Part shown: positions 41,120 through 51,152 of the stretch, in pieces
Layout: each line of letters begins with the position of its first letter
Numbering within the stretch: position 1 is the stretch's first letter
Assembly (NCBI GenBank): GCA_019057795.1
Contig: JAHLWS010000030.1
Location: forward strand, 39,524 to 103,523
Length of the DNA stretch: 64,000 nucleotides
Source: Promethearchaeota archaeon
Lineage (GTDB): Archaea; Asgardarchaeota; Lokiarchaeia; Sigyniarchaeales; SOKP01
Direction of reading: 5' to 3'
Made by a program: the position numbers and the translations under genes
The notes under the pieces: generated by a model
What the model saw: the letters and a program-made list of their open reading frames with translations, nothing else
The model's database searches: none
What the model was told of the DNA's origin: nothing

Positions 41120-42279
41120 ACGTTATATGTTAATTTTTTTATTAATAGTTTTTTATTTTTTTCCAAATCTTCTAAAATTTTAACAATGCGCATAGATGCT
41201 TTTCCATCTCCATAAGGATTTTTCACATTTTGGCATATTTTCTTAAATTCTACTGAAATAGCTCTATTTATAGCATTTTTAACATCTGTATAATTTGGTG
41301 GTACATTAATTACATTTTCAGCGCTTTCTCTACCTTTATTTCTATCTCCAATATTTACTACAGGTAAATTAAAGACAGAGGATTCAATTAGTCCACTTGA
41401 TGTATTACCAACTAAAACATCTATAAATTTTAATAAGCTTAAGTATACAATTCTTTCTAAATTCCTATATATCCTAAAATTTTTAAAAGACTTATTAACT
41501 TCGATTTCTTTAATAATTAATTCATTTCCACGATCATTATTAGGATATATAATTATTGCCTGAAAGTTTAAATCTTTTAAGACTTGTAGAATTGTTCTCA
41601 TTTGATCTCCTGCCTTATCATATTCATTAATATAAGGATGTTGTACACAAAGTACAATTTTTTTTTCAATATCAAAATTAAATTTTTTACAAATTTCACG
41701 TTTGCTTAATAATTTTTCTTCATAGATCATATCTATACCTGGAGATCCAACCATATGTATCCGCCATTCCTCTTCACCCATTAATTTAATTCTTTGAGCA
41801 CTTTTGGGAGTTGTTGGAAAATGTATATGAGCAAATTTAGTAATTGAATGTCTAATTTGTTCATCTATTTGACCTTGAGATACGTTATCTCCCCCATGTA
41901 TATGAGCAATTACTTTTGATAATGTAGAAGCGGCAATTACTGCAGCTAAGGCTTCAAATCGATCCCCCAGAACTAGTATAATATCAGGATTTAATTCATA
42001 AAAACATTTTGTAAAATTAATTATAGCTTTACCTACTGCTTTTCCTAAACTCAATTCACTTTTTTCTGTTGGATCATACATATGCACGATTTTGGCGATC
42101 GTAAAATTATCCTTTTTTATGAATTCAATAGTATTCCCATATTCTTCTAATAAATGTATTCCTGTAACTATTAATGATATTTTTAATTTTGTTGATTTAC
42201 TTATCTTTTCTATTACAGGCTTAAGATAACCATAATCAGAACGGGCACCAGTGATAATACAAATATGGTTTTTTTTCAT
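41116..42279 (-). CDS. neuC: Hydrolysing NDP-GlcNAc/diNAcBac 2-epimerase (NeuC/LegG)
   Basis: TGARSDYG, LGDRFE, HIHGGD, IDEQIRHSITK, GNTSSG, NPYGDG; co-oriented with neuB. Confidence 0.92.
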   Translation of the reverse strand: MKKNHICIITGARSDYGYLKPVIEKISKSTKLKISLIVTGIHLLEEYGNTIEFIKKDNFTIAKIVHMYDPTEKSELSLGKAVGKAIINFTKCFYELNPDIILVLGDRFEALAAVIAASTLSKVIAHIHGGDNVSQGQIDEQIRHSITKFAHIHFPTTPKSAQRIKLMGEEEWRIHMVGSPGIDMIYEEKLLSKREICKKFNFDIEKKIVLCVQHPYINEYDKAGDQMRTILQVLKDLNFQAIIIYPNNDRGNELIIKEIEVNKSFKNFRIYRNLERIVYLSLLKFIDVLVGNTSSGLIESSVFNLPVVNIGDRNKGRESAENVINVPPNYTDVKNAINRAISVEFKKICQNVKNPYGDGKASMRIVKILEDLEKNKKLLIKKLTYNV

Positions 42280-43332
42280 TTATTCAATATCCTCCCATTT
42301 AATAATAGAATCGATAGGAATATTTTTTTTAACTTTTTTTCCAATTAATTCTTCAAAATATTTAGGAGAAATCCCCGAACCAGGTCTTTTTATGGAAATA
42401 TTTTTAGAAGTTAGGATATCTCCCTTTTTTAAATCTTTTATTGATACTATACTTTTTCTCGCTTTTTTAGCAATTTCTAGTTCAATTTTAGAGGGAAATT
42501 TTCTAAAATTTCCCAAAGCTTTTTCTAAATTTCGAATTCCATTTACCCATTCCTTAAGTTCGTCAGGATCCAAGGAAGCACTATGATCTGGACCTTCCAT
42601 ATTTTTGTCTAGTGTAAAATGCTTTTCGATGACTTTTACTCCTTTAGCAGCAGCTCCTATTGAAGCTTCAATGCCTAGAGAATGATCTGAAAAACCAATT
42701 AAAAATTTTGGAAACTCTTTTTTAAAAGTTTCAATTACATTTAAGTTAATTTCTTCATATTGAGCAGGATAATTAGTTGTACACTGAAAAATTAAAATTT
42801 CTTCAACTCGATTATTAATAATAAAATTCACCGATTCCTTCACCTCCTCTAAAGATGCCATCCCTGTTGATATTAAGATTGGTTTCTGTTTTGAACAAAT
42901 CAATTTTAATAATGGGAAATTATTCATATCACCAGATCCTATTTTATAAGCAGGAACATGTAAGAATTCTAATAATTCTACAGATTTATCGTCAAACGGA
43001 GTTGATAAAAAAATTAATCCCTTTTGTGCGCAATATGCTTTAATTTCCATAAAATTTTCTTTTGATAATTCATATCTCTTAAGCATATCATAAAAGTTTT
43101 CATTATTTTCAGTTTTAACTTTTTGATAATCTACTTTAGAAGTGGTTTTTAATATTAAACTATCAGTATTATAAGTTTGAAATTTTATGGCATCAACCTT
43201 AGCATTAGCAGCGATATCTATTAGTTTTTTAGCTAAATTAATATCTCCGTTATGATTCACACCTGCTTCTGCTATTAAAAATATAGGTGATTTAGAACTA
43301 ATTTCTTTATCATCAATTAATATCTTTTTCAT
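42280..43332 (-). CDS. neuB: NeuB/LegI-family nonulosonic acid synthase 2
   Basis: IAEAGVNHNGD, KFQTY, KIGSGD, QCTTNYP, GFSDHS, EKHFTLD, GPDH. Confidence 0.95.
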   Translation of the reverse strand: MKKILIDDKEISSKSPIFLIAEAGVNHNGDINLAKKLIDIAANAKVDAIKFQTYNTDSLILKTTSKVDYQKVKTENNENFYDMLKRYELSKENFMEIKAYCAQKGLIFLSTPFDDKSVELLEFLHVPAYKIGSGDMNNFPLLKLICSKQKPILISTGMASLEEVKESVNFIINNRVEEILIFQCTTNYPAQYEEINLNVIETFKKEFPKFLIGFSDHSLGIEASIGAAAKGVKVIEKHFTLDKNMEGPDHSASLDPDELKEWVNGIRNLEKALGNFRKFPSKIELEIAKKARKSIVSIKDLKKGDILTSKNISIKRPGSGISPKYFEELIGKKVKKNIPIDSIIKWEDIE

Positions 43333-43452
43333 AATTAATCTTTTTTCGATTCCTTAAGAATACAAAATTGATTTTTTATTTAATAAATTGGTAATATAAA
43401 TAAATATTGGTCTTCATTTATTATTATTGAGTAGTAAGACGAGTTGTAAGAA

Positions 43453-44487
43453 ATGATAAAAACTATTAAAATTAAAGAGAAGATCATTGGAGAGGGATAT
43501 CCTACATTTTTAATTGCCGAAATGGCATGTGCACACCAAGGAGATGTTAAACAAGCTTGTGAATTAGTTGATGTTGCGATTAGAGCAAAAGCAGATGCTG
43601 TTCAAATTCAAGTGTATAAAAAAGAAATATATATGAGTCCTGTTTATGAAAGTTATGATTTAATTACTCGTTTAGAATTATCTCAAAGTGAGTGGTTACT
43701 AGTTATTAATAAAATTAAAAAGAATAATATCTTATTCTTTGCTGCGGGTTATGATGTTGATAGCGTCAAATTTTTGATTGAAAATGGTGTTGACGCATTT
43801 AAAATCCATTCTGCTGATATATCTAATCCTGAAGTTTTAAAAGAAGTTGTTAAGTCAAGGAAACCTATATTTTTAAGTTGTGGTGCCTCAAAAGTAGAAG
43901 AAATTAAGAAAGCAATTGATTCTTTGAGAAAAAATGGAGCAGAAGATGTTATATTAATGCATGGATATCAAGGATTTCCAACAAAAGTAGAAGATAATCA
44001 TTTAAATTATATAAAAACCTTAAGACGGTTGTTTGGTTTAAATGTAGGCTACTATGATCATGTAGATGGAGGGTCTATTTTAGCTAAAATAATTCCCATC
44101 ATGGCTATAGGATATGGAGCTCAGGTTATTGAGAAACATTTTATTTTATCTCGGGAAGAAAAAGGAATTGATTACGAGTCATCATTAAATACAGATGATT
44201 TTATTGAATTTGTTGACTGTGTTAGAAATGCTGAAAAGGCAATTGGACAAAAAAATATAAGAGATTTTACAGATAGTGAAATTAATTATCGGGCATATTG
44301 TAAAAAAAGTATTGTATTGAAAAATAATATTCCTAAAGGTACGAAAATCAGTAGAGAAGATGTCATGTTTGTAAGAAGCGATCCAGGAATTCCACCAGAT
44401 AAATTCAAGGATATATTAGGAAATATTGCTAAAAAGGACTTAAAAAAAAATAATAATTTAAAATACGATGATTTTTTAAATTATTAA
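43453..44487 (+). CDS. Divergent NeuB-family synthase 3
   Basis: IAEMACAHQGD, FKIHSAD, MHGYQGFPT, GYYDH, IEKHF, C-terminal SAF-like domain. Confidence 0.85.
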   Translation: MIKTIKIKEKIIGEGYPTFLIAEMACAHQGDVKQACELVDVAIRAKADAVQIQVYKKEIYMSPVYESYDLITRLELSQSEWLLVINKIKKNNILFFAAGYDVDSVKFLIENGVDAFKIHSADISNPEVLKEVVKSRKPIFLSCGASKVEEIKKAIDSLRKNGAEDVILMHGYQGFPTKVEDNHLNYIKTLRRLFGLNVGYYDHVDGGSILAKIIPIMAIGYGAQVIEKHFILSREEKGIDYESSLNTDDFIEFVDCVRNAEKAIGQKNIRDFTDSEINYRAYCKKSIVLKNNIPKGTKISREDVMFVRSDPGIPPDKFKDILGNIAKKDLKKNNNLKYDDFLNY

Positions 44488-44525
44488 ATTAGTTTACTAA
44501 AAACAAAAGCACACTTTGAGTTCCT

Positions 44526-45719
44526 ATGAAATTGAAAAATAAGACTACCTTTTTAACAAAAATCTTTGATTTTATTAAAAAATCCTACTCTCGTGTATCT
44601 AAATCTTATCTTTTATTTTTACATAGAAAGATGATTTTTAAAAAAAAATACATTTCTAGCATTAAGAATTATTTCGTAAAATCACTCGATGAAATAAATT
44701 ATTCTATTTTAACATCTAGTTATAAAATTCATTTTAATGAATCAGAAAGGCAGTTTTTAAGAGAATCAATTAGTTGTTCAAAAATTATAAAGCAAAATAT
44801 ATATAATGGGTTTAATCAGAGAGAGATATTTATATGTAAACTTAATGATGTTAAACTTTTTGGGATTTCCGGAGGAGTTTCATACCATAATAAAGTAATC
44901 GTAGAATCCTTTTCTAATTTGGGAAGGTTAAAAAGATCTATTTGTGTTGATAGTATTATATTTAAGCATAAACATTTGAAAGGGACTTTTTCTTCAATTA
45001 TTCATCTTAATTGGGCAAAAAATAATATATTTCATTGGTTAATTGAATGTCTTCCAAGATTATATGCTTTAACGAAATTAAATGAATCTAAAATTGTCTT
45101 AATAGTACATAAAGATATAACACAACTACAAATGGATACTTTAAGAATTATTTTAGATAAAAGGTTTAAATTCTTAAAAATTGGAACTAATGAAATCTGG
45201 AAATTAGAGAATTTTTACCTACCATCTTTTTGTAATGAGGATTGTTCTGGTTACATGCCGAAAATTTATTTAGATTATATTAAAAATAAGATAATTAAAG
45301 GCTATAATATTGAACCTCAAAATAAGAATTTAAGACTATATATCAGCCGTTATAAAGCGGGATATCGGTGTCTAAAGAATGAAGAGCAGTTCTTCGACTT
45401 GCTTAAGGAATTTAATTTTAAAAGAATTTATGCTGAGGATTTACCTTTCAAAAAGCAAGTTGAGTTGTTTAATTCTGCAAGTATTATTATCTCTATTCAT
45501 GGTGCGGGGCTCTCAAACATGATCTTCTCAGAGTTCCTTAAAGTTATTGAGATTTTTCCTCCGAATGATATAAAGACACATTACTTTATGTTATGTAAAG
45601 CTTTAGGTTTTGAACATTATTATATAATCGGATCAGATCTTAGTCCTAAAAATTCAAAATTCTTTATTGATTTGTCAATAATAGAAAATTTAATTAAAAA
45701 AGTTGTTGAATGTCCTTGA
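44526..45719 (+). CDS. GT61 / DUF563 family glycosyltransferase
   Basis: NIFHWLIECLPRL, LYISR..R.LKNE, QVELF, HGAGLSN, VIEIFP. Confidence 0.88.
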   Translation: MKLKNKTTFLTKIFDFIKKSYSRVSKSYLLFLHRKMIFKKKYISSIKNYFVKSLDEINYSILTSSYKIHFNESERQFLRESISCSKIIKQNIYNGFNQREIFICKLNDVKLFGISGGVSYHNKVIVESFSNLGRLKRSICVDSIIFKHKHLKGTFSSIIHLNWAKNNIFHWLIECLPRLYALTKLNESKIVLIVHKDITQLQMDTLRIILDKRFKFLKIGTNEIWKLENFYLPSFCNEDCSGYMPKIYLDYIKNKIIKGYNIEPQNKNLRLYISRYKAGYRCLKNEEQFFDLLKEFNFKRIYAEDLPFKKQVELFNSASIIISIHGAGLSNMIFSEFLKVIEIFPPNDIKTHYFMLCKALGFEHYYIIGSDLSPKNSKFFIDLSIIENLIKKVVECP

Positions 45720-45883
45720 TTTTAGCCTAACAACTAAAATATATTTGAATTAATAATCAATACATAATTATGAACATAAATATTAAAAAACAAGATATTG
45801 AAATTACCTTAAAATATTTATTATAAAAATTTAAAATTGAATATATAACTTGTAAACTTAAAAATTAAAAGAAATATCTTAAA

Positions 45884-47770
45884 ATGATTGAAAAAAAATT
45901 GAGGATATTAATCATCGATAATGTCTTTAATCATAGTTTTGAAATAGGGTTTAAAATTTCTTGGCGTTTATATAATTATCTTCAATTTTATAAAAGAATA
46001 AAATTAAAACGATTAATAGCAGGACTTTTAAAAAAATATAAGAATAATGTTAAAATTAAAGTTATTACTGCCAATGTTAAGAAATTTTATGTACATAAGG
46101 ATGTACAAATTGAGCTACTTTCAAATTATAGATTGAATCTTGATCGTGATATATATTTACAAATTCATGAAAAAATTAAACAGAATACTAAAGAAAATCT
46201 TGCTATTCTTTTAAGTAATTTAGAAAAGCTAAAAATCTTTCAAATAGAAAATATATCTATTGGAGAATCATTAGAGTTTCATTTAATTTGGTTTTTAAAT
46301 GAGATTTTTGGTGAATATGAATTAATTAAAAGGATTTTACAAGAAAAATATGATAAATTTATATTTATTAATCATAATTCTACTTTTGAAGATTTCTTTA
46401 AATTTTTAAATCAGAAATATCAAAACATAGAAATCTGTCGAGATTCATTTTTAAAAAAAATTAATAATCTTCCTAAATTAATAAAAATCAAATATTTTTT
46501 TGGAATCTTATTAAATTCTTTTATAAGAATTAATCTCCGAAATAGAAAAATATCTAATAGTAAAAAAAATAACCTTATTTTTGTCTGTAACTCAGATAAT
46601 CAATTTAGTAGCGTAAAAAATATTTATGATTACTATAAACAAAAACCAGAATTTAACAAATTTATATACCAAAATGTTGAAACAATACCTTTAACTAAAT
46701 TAAACAAATTAATGAAATTTCTTTTTTTGGTAAATAATTATTGGACGAAAGGATTAAATGTTATATCAAGGAATATGAAGTACGATTTATTAAAGCTTGA
46801 TAATGTCTTAAAAGAATTTTATAACTCAAAGTTATACTTTTTAAAATTCAATATATTTAATGTTTTACACAATTTTAACAACTTTATCAAAAATTATTCT
46901 CCTTTAATCGTTTTTTTAGCTGATGAAATGAAAGTTGATAGCCGTATATACGCTAAACATTGTAAGAATAAAAATATCCCTACTATTTACGTTCCCCATG
47001 CTGCTTTTCCAATATATGATGAAGTTATAACTAAAAGAGATTTTACATATTTAATGGTTCCTGGAGAAATTGATAAAAAGTATTTGGTGGAAACTGGAGA
47101 AAATATTAATAAAATTATTGTAACAGGACGACCTCGTTATGAAAAATTTAATAAAAAAGCGATTCCAAGGTTAGAATATGTAAAAGATATGATTGATGGA
47201 AGGTTGTTTAAGTTTGAGCCCGATAAATTCACTATATTATTTACTACTAGTCCAATTGATTATAAATCTAGAAAAATGTTATTAGAAGGTGTTATTAATT
47301 CAATAAAAGAATTAAACCTAATCAATAATTTGATAATAAAATTACACCCTCGTGAAGATGGCGTATGGTATAAGCAAGAATTAGAAGCATTAAATGTAAA
47401 TCCTATAATTGTAAAAGATTATGACATTTTAGAACTCATATCATCAAGTGACTTATTAATTTCACGTGTATCGACAACAATTCTAGAAGCATTAATGATA
47501 GGTACTCCTATAATTCTATTAGATTTTATAAATTCAAAATTTTATTTATCAGGTACCTATATTTTTACTAAAGATAAGAATTTAATAACTGTTAAATTCC
47601 AGAATGAGTTAAAGGATAAAATTAATGAATTATTTAGAAATAAGGATTTTTATAATAATTATAAAGAAATCATAAAAAAGTTAGCTAATGGTTATATATA
47701 TAATGATAAAGATAGAAGTTCACTAGATATAATCGTAAATTTAATAAGTCAGATTTTACCATATATTTAG
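45884..47770 (+). CDS. Large GT-B protein (CDP-glycerol glycerophosphotransferase/ulosonate-transferase-like)
   Basis: YVPHA, IIVTGRPRYE, IIKLHPRE, STTILEALMIGTP. Confidence 0.65.
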   Translation: MIEKKLRILIIDNVFNHSFEIGFKISWRLYNYLQFYKRIKLKRLIAGLLKKYKNNVKIKVITANVKKFYVHKDVQIELLSNYRLNLDRDIYLQIHEKIKQNTKENLAILLSNLEKLKIFQIENISIGESLEFHLIWFLNEIFGEYELIKRILQEKYDKFIFINHNSTFEDFFKFLNQKYQNIEICRDSFLKKINNLPKLIKIKYFFGILLNSFIRINLRNRKISNSKKNNLIFVCNSDNQFSSVKNIYDYYKQKPEFNKFIYQNVETIPLTKLNKLMKFLFLVNNYWTKGLNVISRNMKYDLLKLDNVLKEFYNSKLYFLKFNIFNVLHNFNNFIKNYSPLIVFLADEMKVDSRIYAKHCKNKNIPTIYVPHAAFPIYDEVITKRDFTYLMVPGEIDKKYLVETGENINKIIVTGRPRYEKFNKKAIPRLEYVKDMIDGRLFKFEPDKFTILFTTSPIDYKSRKMLLEGVINSIKELNLINNLIIKLHPREDGVWYKQELEALNVNPIIVKDYDILELISSSDLLISRVSTTILEALMIGTPIILLDFINSKFYLSGTYIFTKDKNLITVKFQNELKDKINELFRNKDFYNNYKEIIKKLANGYIYNDKDRSSLDIIVNLISQILPYI

Positions 47771-48152
47771 AATTCTTGATTTCTAATATAAAAACTCAAT
47801 TATGAACTTTATAGGCTGCTTATTTTGGTAAAACATTGAAAAATAAACTATCAGGTTATAGTAGTATTGAAAAGATTCTAGGTCTCTACCGTTATCCATA
47901 CATTCCTAATTCATAATTATCATTAGATTTTTAATAATCTAAGAATATATTATTAACACCGCCAATATTGAACTTTCATATGAGAGATAGTAGAACAAAT
48001 ATATAATCGTTAAATGTGGCTATAAATCTGATTATTTTAATATAATTTTTTATTTCTGAAGATATTTCATAATAAGAAAAGCTTCAGCATATTCTGTATT
48101 AACTTGGACACCTCTATATTTCGCTAAAGTGATGATTGAATCAATAAATTGA

Positions 48153-48470
48153 GAAGATTTCTCTATTTTAGACAAATTTATCAGAATGGATATTGAAGGG
48201 GCAGAAATGAATGCATTAATGGGTATGGATAAATTAATAAAGAAGAATAAAGTCAAATACTTTTTAACTGAGTTTAATTTAAGAATTTTGAAATCATTGG
48301 GAAAAGCCCCTCAAGAGCTTATCACTTTATTGGATGACTATTTTAATAAGTACTTTCTAATGTTGGATGATAAAAATCTTCATTTGAAGTATTTTAATGA
48401 TAAAGAAGCTCTTATTAATTATTTAAATTCGCTTACTCAAAATAATTTAAACCTTCTATGCGTTAAATGA
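48153..48470 (+). pseudogene. C-terminal remnant of an FkbM-family methyltransferase
   Basis: FIRMDIEGAEMNALMG..TEF..NLLC; in-frame TGA at 48150, SAM-binding motif I absent. Confidence 0.75.
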
Positions 48471-49400
48471 TCAATTGCTCTTTATTTTTAGCCAATTATA
48501 TGTTTTTTTTATACCATCTTCAAAACTCATCAAATTAATACCAAAACATGTTCTCAATTTATCTATATTTAGAACTAAATAAGGAACATCAACTTTCCGT
48601 GCTTCCACATATTCTAAGGGAAAATTTCCTATCTCTTTTTTTATAATAGTTAAAACCTCATTAATTGAGTATCCTCGACCAGATCCTATATTTATGATTT
48701 CATTTTTAATATCCTTTTCAATTAAATCCACGAGAATTCTCACAAAATCTTTAATATAGATATAATCCCGCACAACCGAACCATCTCCCCAGATTTCTAT
48801 AGGTTCTCCATTTAAAATCTTTTCAAGTACAACATTTATCAATCCTTGTTGAGTACTTGTATGATATTCCCCAAATGGATTTGAGGGCCTTAAAATAAGA
48901 AAATTTATTCCGTATAAATAGTTGTAGAGATAAAGATATTTTTCTACTGTTAATTTCATAATCCCATACGAACAAATTGGTGTTGTAGGGTCTGATTCCT
49001 TACGTTTATTTTTCGAAATGCCATAAACTGTTCCACCTGAAGATAAAAATACGATTTTTTTTATTTTATATCTGTTTACAATATTCAATAATTTAATTGT
49101 ATTAATCAGATTAGAATGAATATCATAAATGATATTTTCATTTGATATCGACGGGACTGTTGTACCTATAAGATGGATAACAAGATCTATTTTATTTTCT
49201 TTGAAGATAATTTCATAATCTTTTTCATTATGGAAATCTCCATAATAAACTTTGACGCTATTTAAAATATCTGGATTTTGAATAATTACTTTCTTAGCTT
49301 CAAATATAATTATCTTATAATTGCCGCGATTCAATAATTCCTCCGTTAAACTAGTCCCTATAAACCCAAAACCACCAAGAATTAAAACTTTTTTTAGCAA
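48471..49400 (-). CDS. NAD-dependent epimerase/dehydratase (GalE/WcaG-like)
   Basis: GGFGFIG, SSGGTVYG, YGIMK, WGDGSVVRDYIY. Confidence 0.9.
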   Translation of the reverse strand: MLKKVLILGGFGFIGTSLTEELLNRGNYKIIIFEAKKVIIQNPDILNSVKVYYGDFHNEKDYEIIFKENKIDLVIHLIGTTVPSISNENIIYDIHSNLINTIKLLNIVNRYKIKKIVFLSSGGTVYGISKNKRKESDPTTPICSYGIMKLTVEKYLYLYNYLYGINFLILRPSNPFGEYHTSTQQGLINVVLEKILNGEPIEIWGDGSVVRDYIYIKDFVRILVDLIEKDIKNEIINIGSGRGYSINEVLTIIKKEIGNFPLEYVEARKVDVPYLVLNIDKLRTCFGINLMSFEDGIKKTYNWLKIKSN

Positions 49401-49434
49401 GAATTCTTTTCCTCGAATAATTTATTAAAAATAT

Positions 49435-51003
49435 TCATAATCCATCTAAATTAATTTTACTAATTATTTTTTTTACTGCTTGTTTTTCTTTTTTGGTAAT
49501 TATATATTTAAGATTTTCTGGATCTTCCATACTTTGTAAAATTTCCTTAATTTTTGATTTCATAACCATGCATTCTTCATTATCTTCATTGAAAATATTA
49601 ATCTTTTCATCTGGGTCATGTTCTAAGTCGAAAAATTCATCTCTATTGAGAGTATCGTATAGTATTAATTTTTTTTTATTAGATCTAAGAAAATAAATAT
49701 GGTTATAAATGATAGGGATGACTTCAGGATTAAGAGCTCTTCTATGTTCATTAATTAATATTTTCACAGCTTTCTTGGGTTTAAGATATTCTCCAAAAAT
49801 ATATTTGGGCGTAGATTTGTTTTTAATTTGGAACATTATTGATTTTTCTATTTCTAAATAAGGTATTTTCGAATAATCTTGTCCAGTTAGATGTAAAATT
49901 GTATGAAATAAATCTTTTAATTGAACCTGCTCTTTGATGATTTTTTGTTCAAAATTTTTATTATAGATTATGAGTGGAACCCTCAATAATGATTCATAAA
50001 CACTTCGATAAGTACTATGTTCCCAGAGGTTATGATCTATCTCATCTCCAAGGTGTTCACCATGATCTGAAGTGATAATTATGTATGAATTTTCTAATAA
50101 CTCTATTTCCTTTAAATTAGAAAAAAGTTCTTTTAAAACAATATCGGAGGAATAAACACATGAGGCATACAATTTTTTTATTGTTTTTTGTTGTTCTTTT
50201 GTTAAACTGTTAGATTTAAGATTTAGATTGAGTCTAGTTTTTAAAGGGAAAATGAGCATTTCTCTTATTTTCTTAAAATCGTTAATATTTATTCTAAATT
50301 TATGTAAAATTTCTCTTAAGCCTACATATGGGTCATGTGGTGTGATGAAGTTAAAAAATAAGTAATTAGGGTTCTGAAGTGAGAGATTTGTTAAGGAGTT
50401 TTTAAATTCTCTTATATCTTTAATCGTATCGTTTTTCAATTTAAAAAGAATCTCTCTAAGAAACTGTTTTTCAATGAGATGTTTGACCATAATTGAGACT
50501 CTACCTTTAAAATGAATCCAAAAAAAATCAAGTATTTTTACTATTTTATTATTACGCTTTAAATTTTTATCAATTTTGTTTATTTGAAAAAGAATTTTTG
50601 AAAATTTATAATCTTGTCTAATCCATATATTCCAATCCCAGGCTTTAAATATTCTTTCAAATCCTCTTACTAACCCAGAGGCCTTACTTATAAAAGCATT
50701 TTCAGAAAAACAAATTGTAAAATATCCTAGATCTTTTAAAATTTCCGCCAAAATTGGTATTCTATTGCTAACAACATCAATTTGTTTACTAATTTGAGCG
50801 CTTTGAGTTGGGGATAATCCTGTAAACATTGAAATATGAGAGGGCAATGTCCAAGGTGAATTTGAAATACATTTCTCAAAAAAAATTGAATTTTTTAAAA
50901 TACTCTTGATAAATGGGGTTAAACAAACATCATTGTAATTAGCTAATAATCTATCAGCTCTAAAAGTATCCAAAACAATGAAAATTATATTAGGGCGTTT
51001 CAT
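49435..51003 (-). CDS. Sulfatase-like alkaline-phosphatase-superfamily hydrolase/transferase (Thr at nucleophile position)
   Basis: PNIIFIVLDTFRAD, SPWTLPSHISMFTG, PHDPY, TSDHGE, HS..YE.LLRVPL. Confidence 0.85.
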   Translation of the reverse strand: MKRPNIIFIVLDTFRADRLLANYNDVCLTPFIKSILKNSIFFEKCISNSPWTLPSHISMFTGLSPTQSAQISKQIDVVSNRIPILAEILKDLGYFTICFSENAFISKASGLVRGFERIFKAWDWNIWIRQDYKFSKILFQINKIDKNLKRNNKIVKILDFFWIHFKGRVSIMVKHLIEKQFLREILFKLKNDTIKDIREFKNSLTNLSLQNPNYLFFNFITPHDPYVGLREILHKFRININDFKKIREMLIFPLKTRLNLNLKSNSLTKEQQKTIKKLYASCVYSSDIVLKELFSNLKEIELLENSYIIITSDHGEHLGDEIDHNLWEHSTYRSVYESLLRVPLIIYNKNFEQKIIKEQVQLKDLFHTILHLTGQDYSKIPYLEIEKSIMFQIKNKSTPKYIFGEYLKPKKAVKILINEHRRALNPEVIPIIYNHIYFLRSNKKKLILYDTLNRDEFFDLEHDPDEKINIFNEDNEECMVMKSKIKEILQSMEDPENLKYIITKKEKQAVKKIISKINLDGL

Positions 51004-51152
51004 TTTGAAAATAAATTAGAGTAATTTAAAGAGTTAAAGAATACAACATAATTTAATTTTTCTTTAATTAATAATTTCTTAATGAAATTAAGAGTTAATT
51101 TCTTGTATTAATCTAAGAAAAATTTATATGATTTTAAGAATTTTTAATTAAA

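Noticed and set aside
47820-48150. Possible decayed methyltransferase on the minus strand (ELG..NGRDLESF; LAKYRGVQVNTEYAE)
   Set aside because: Needs several frameshifts; too degraded to support without a search
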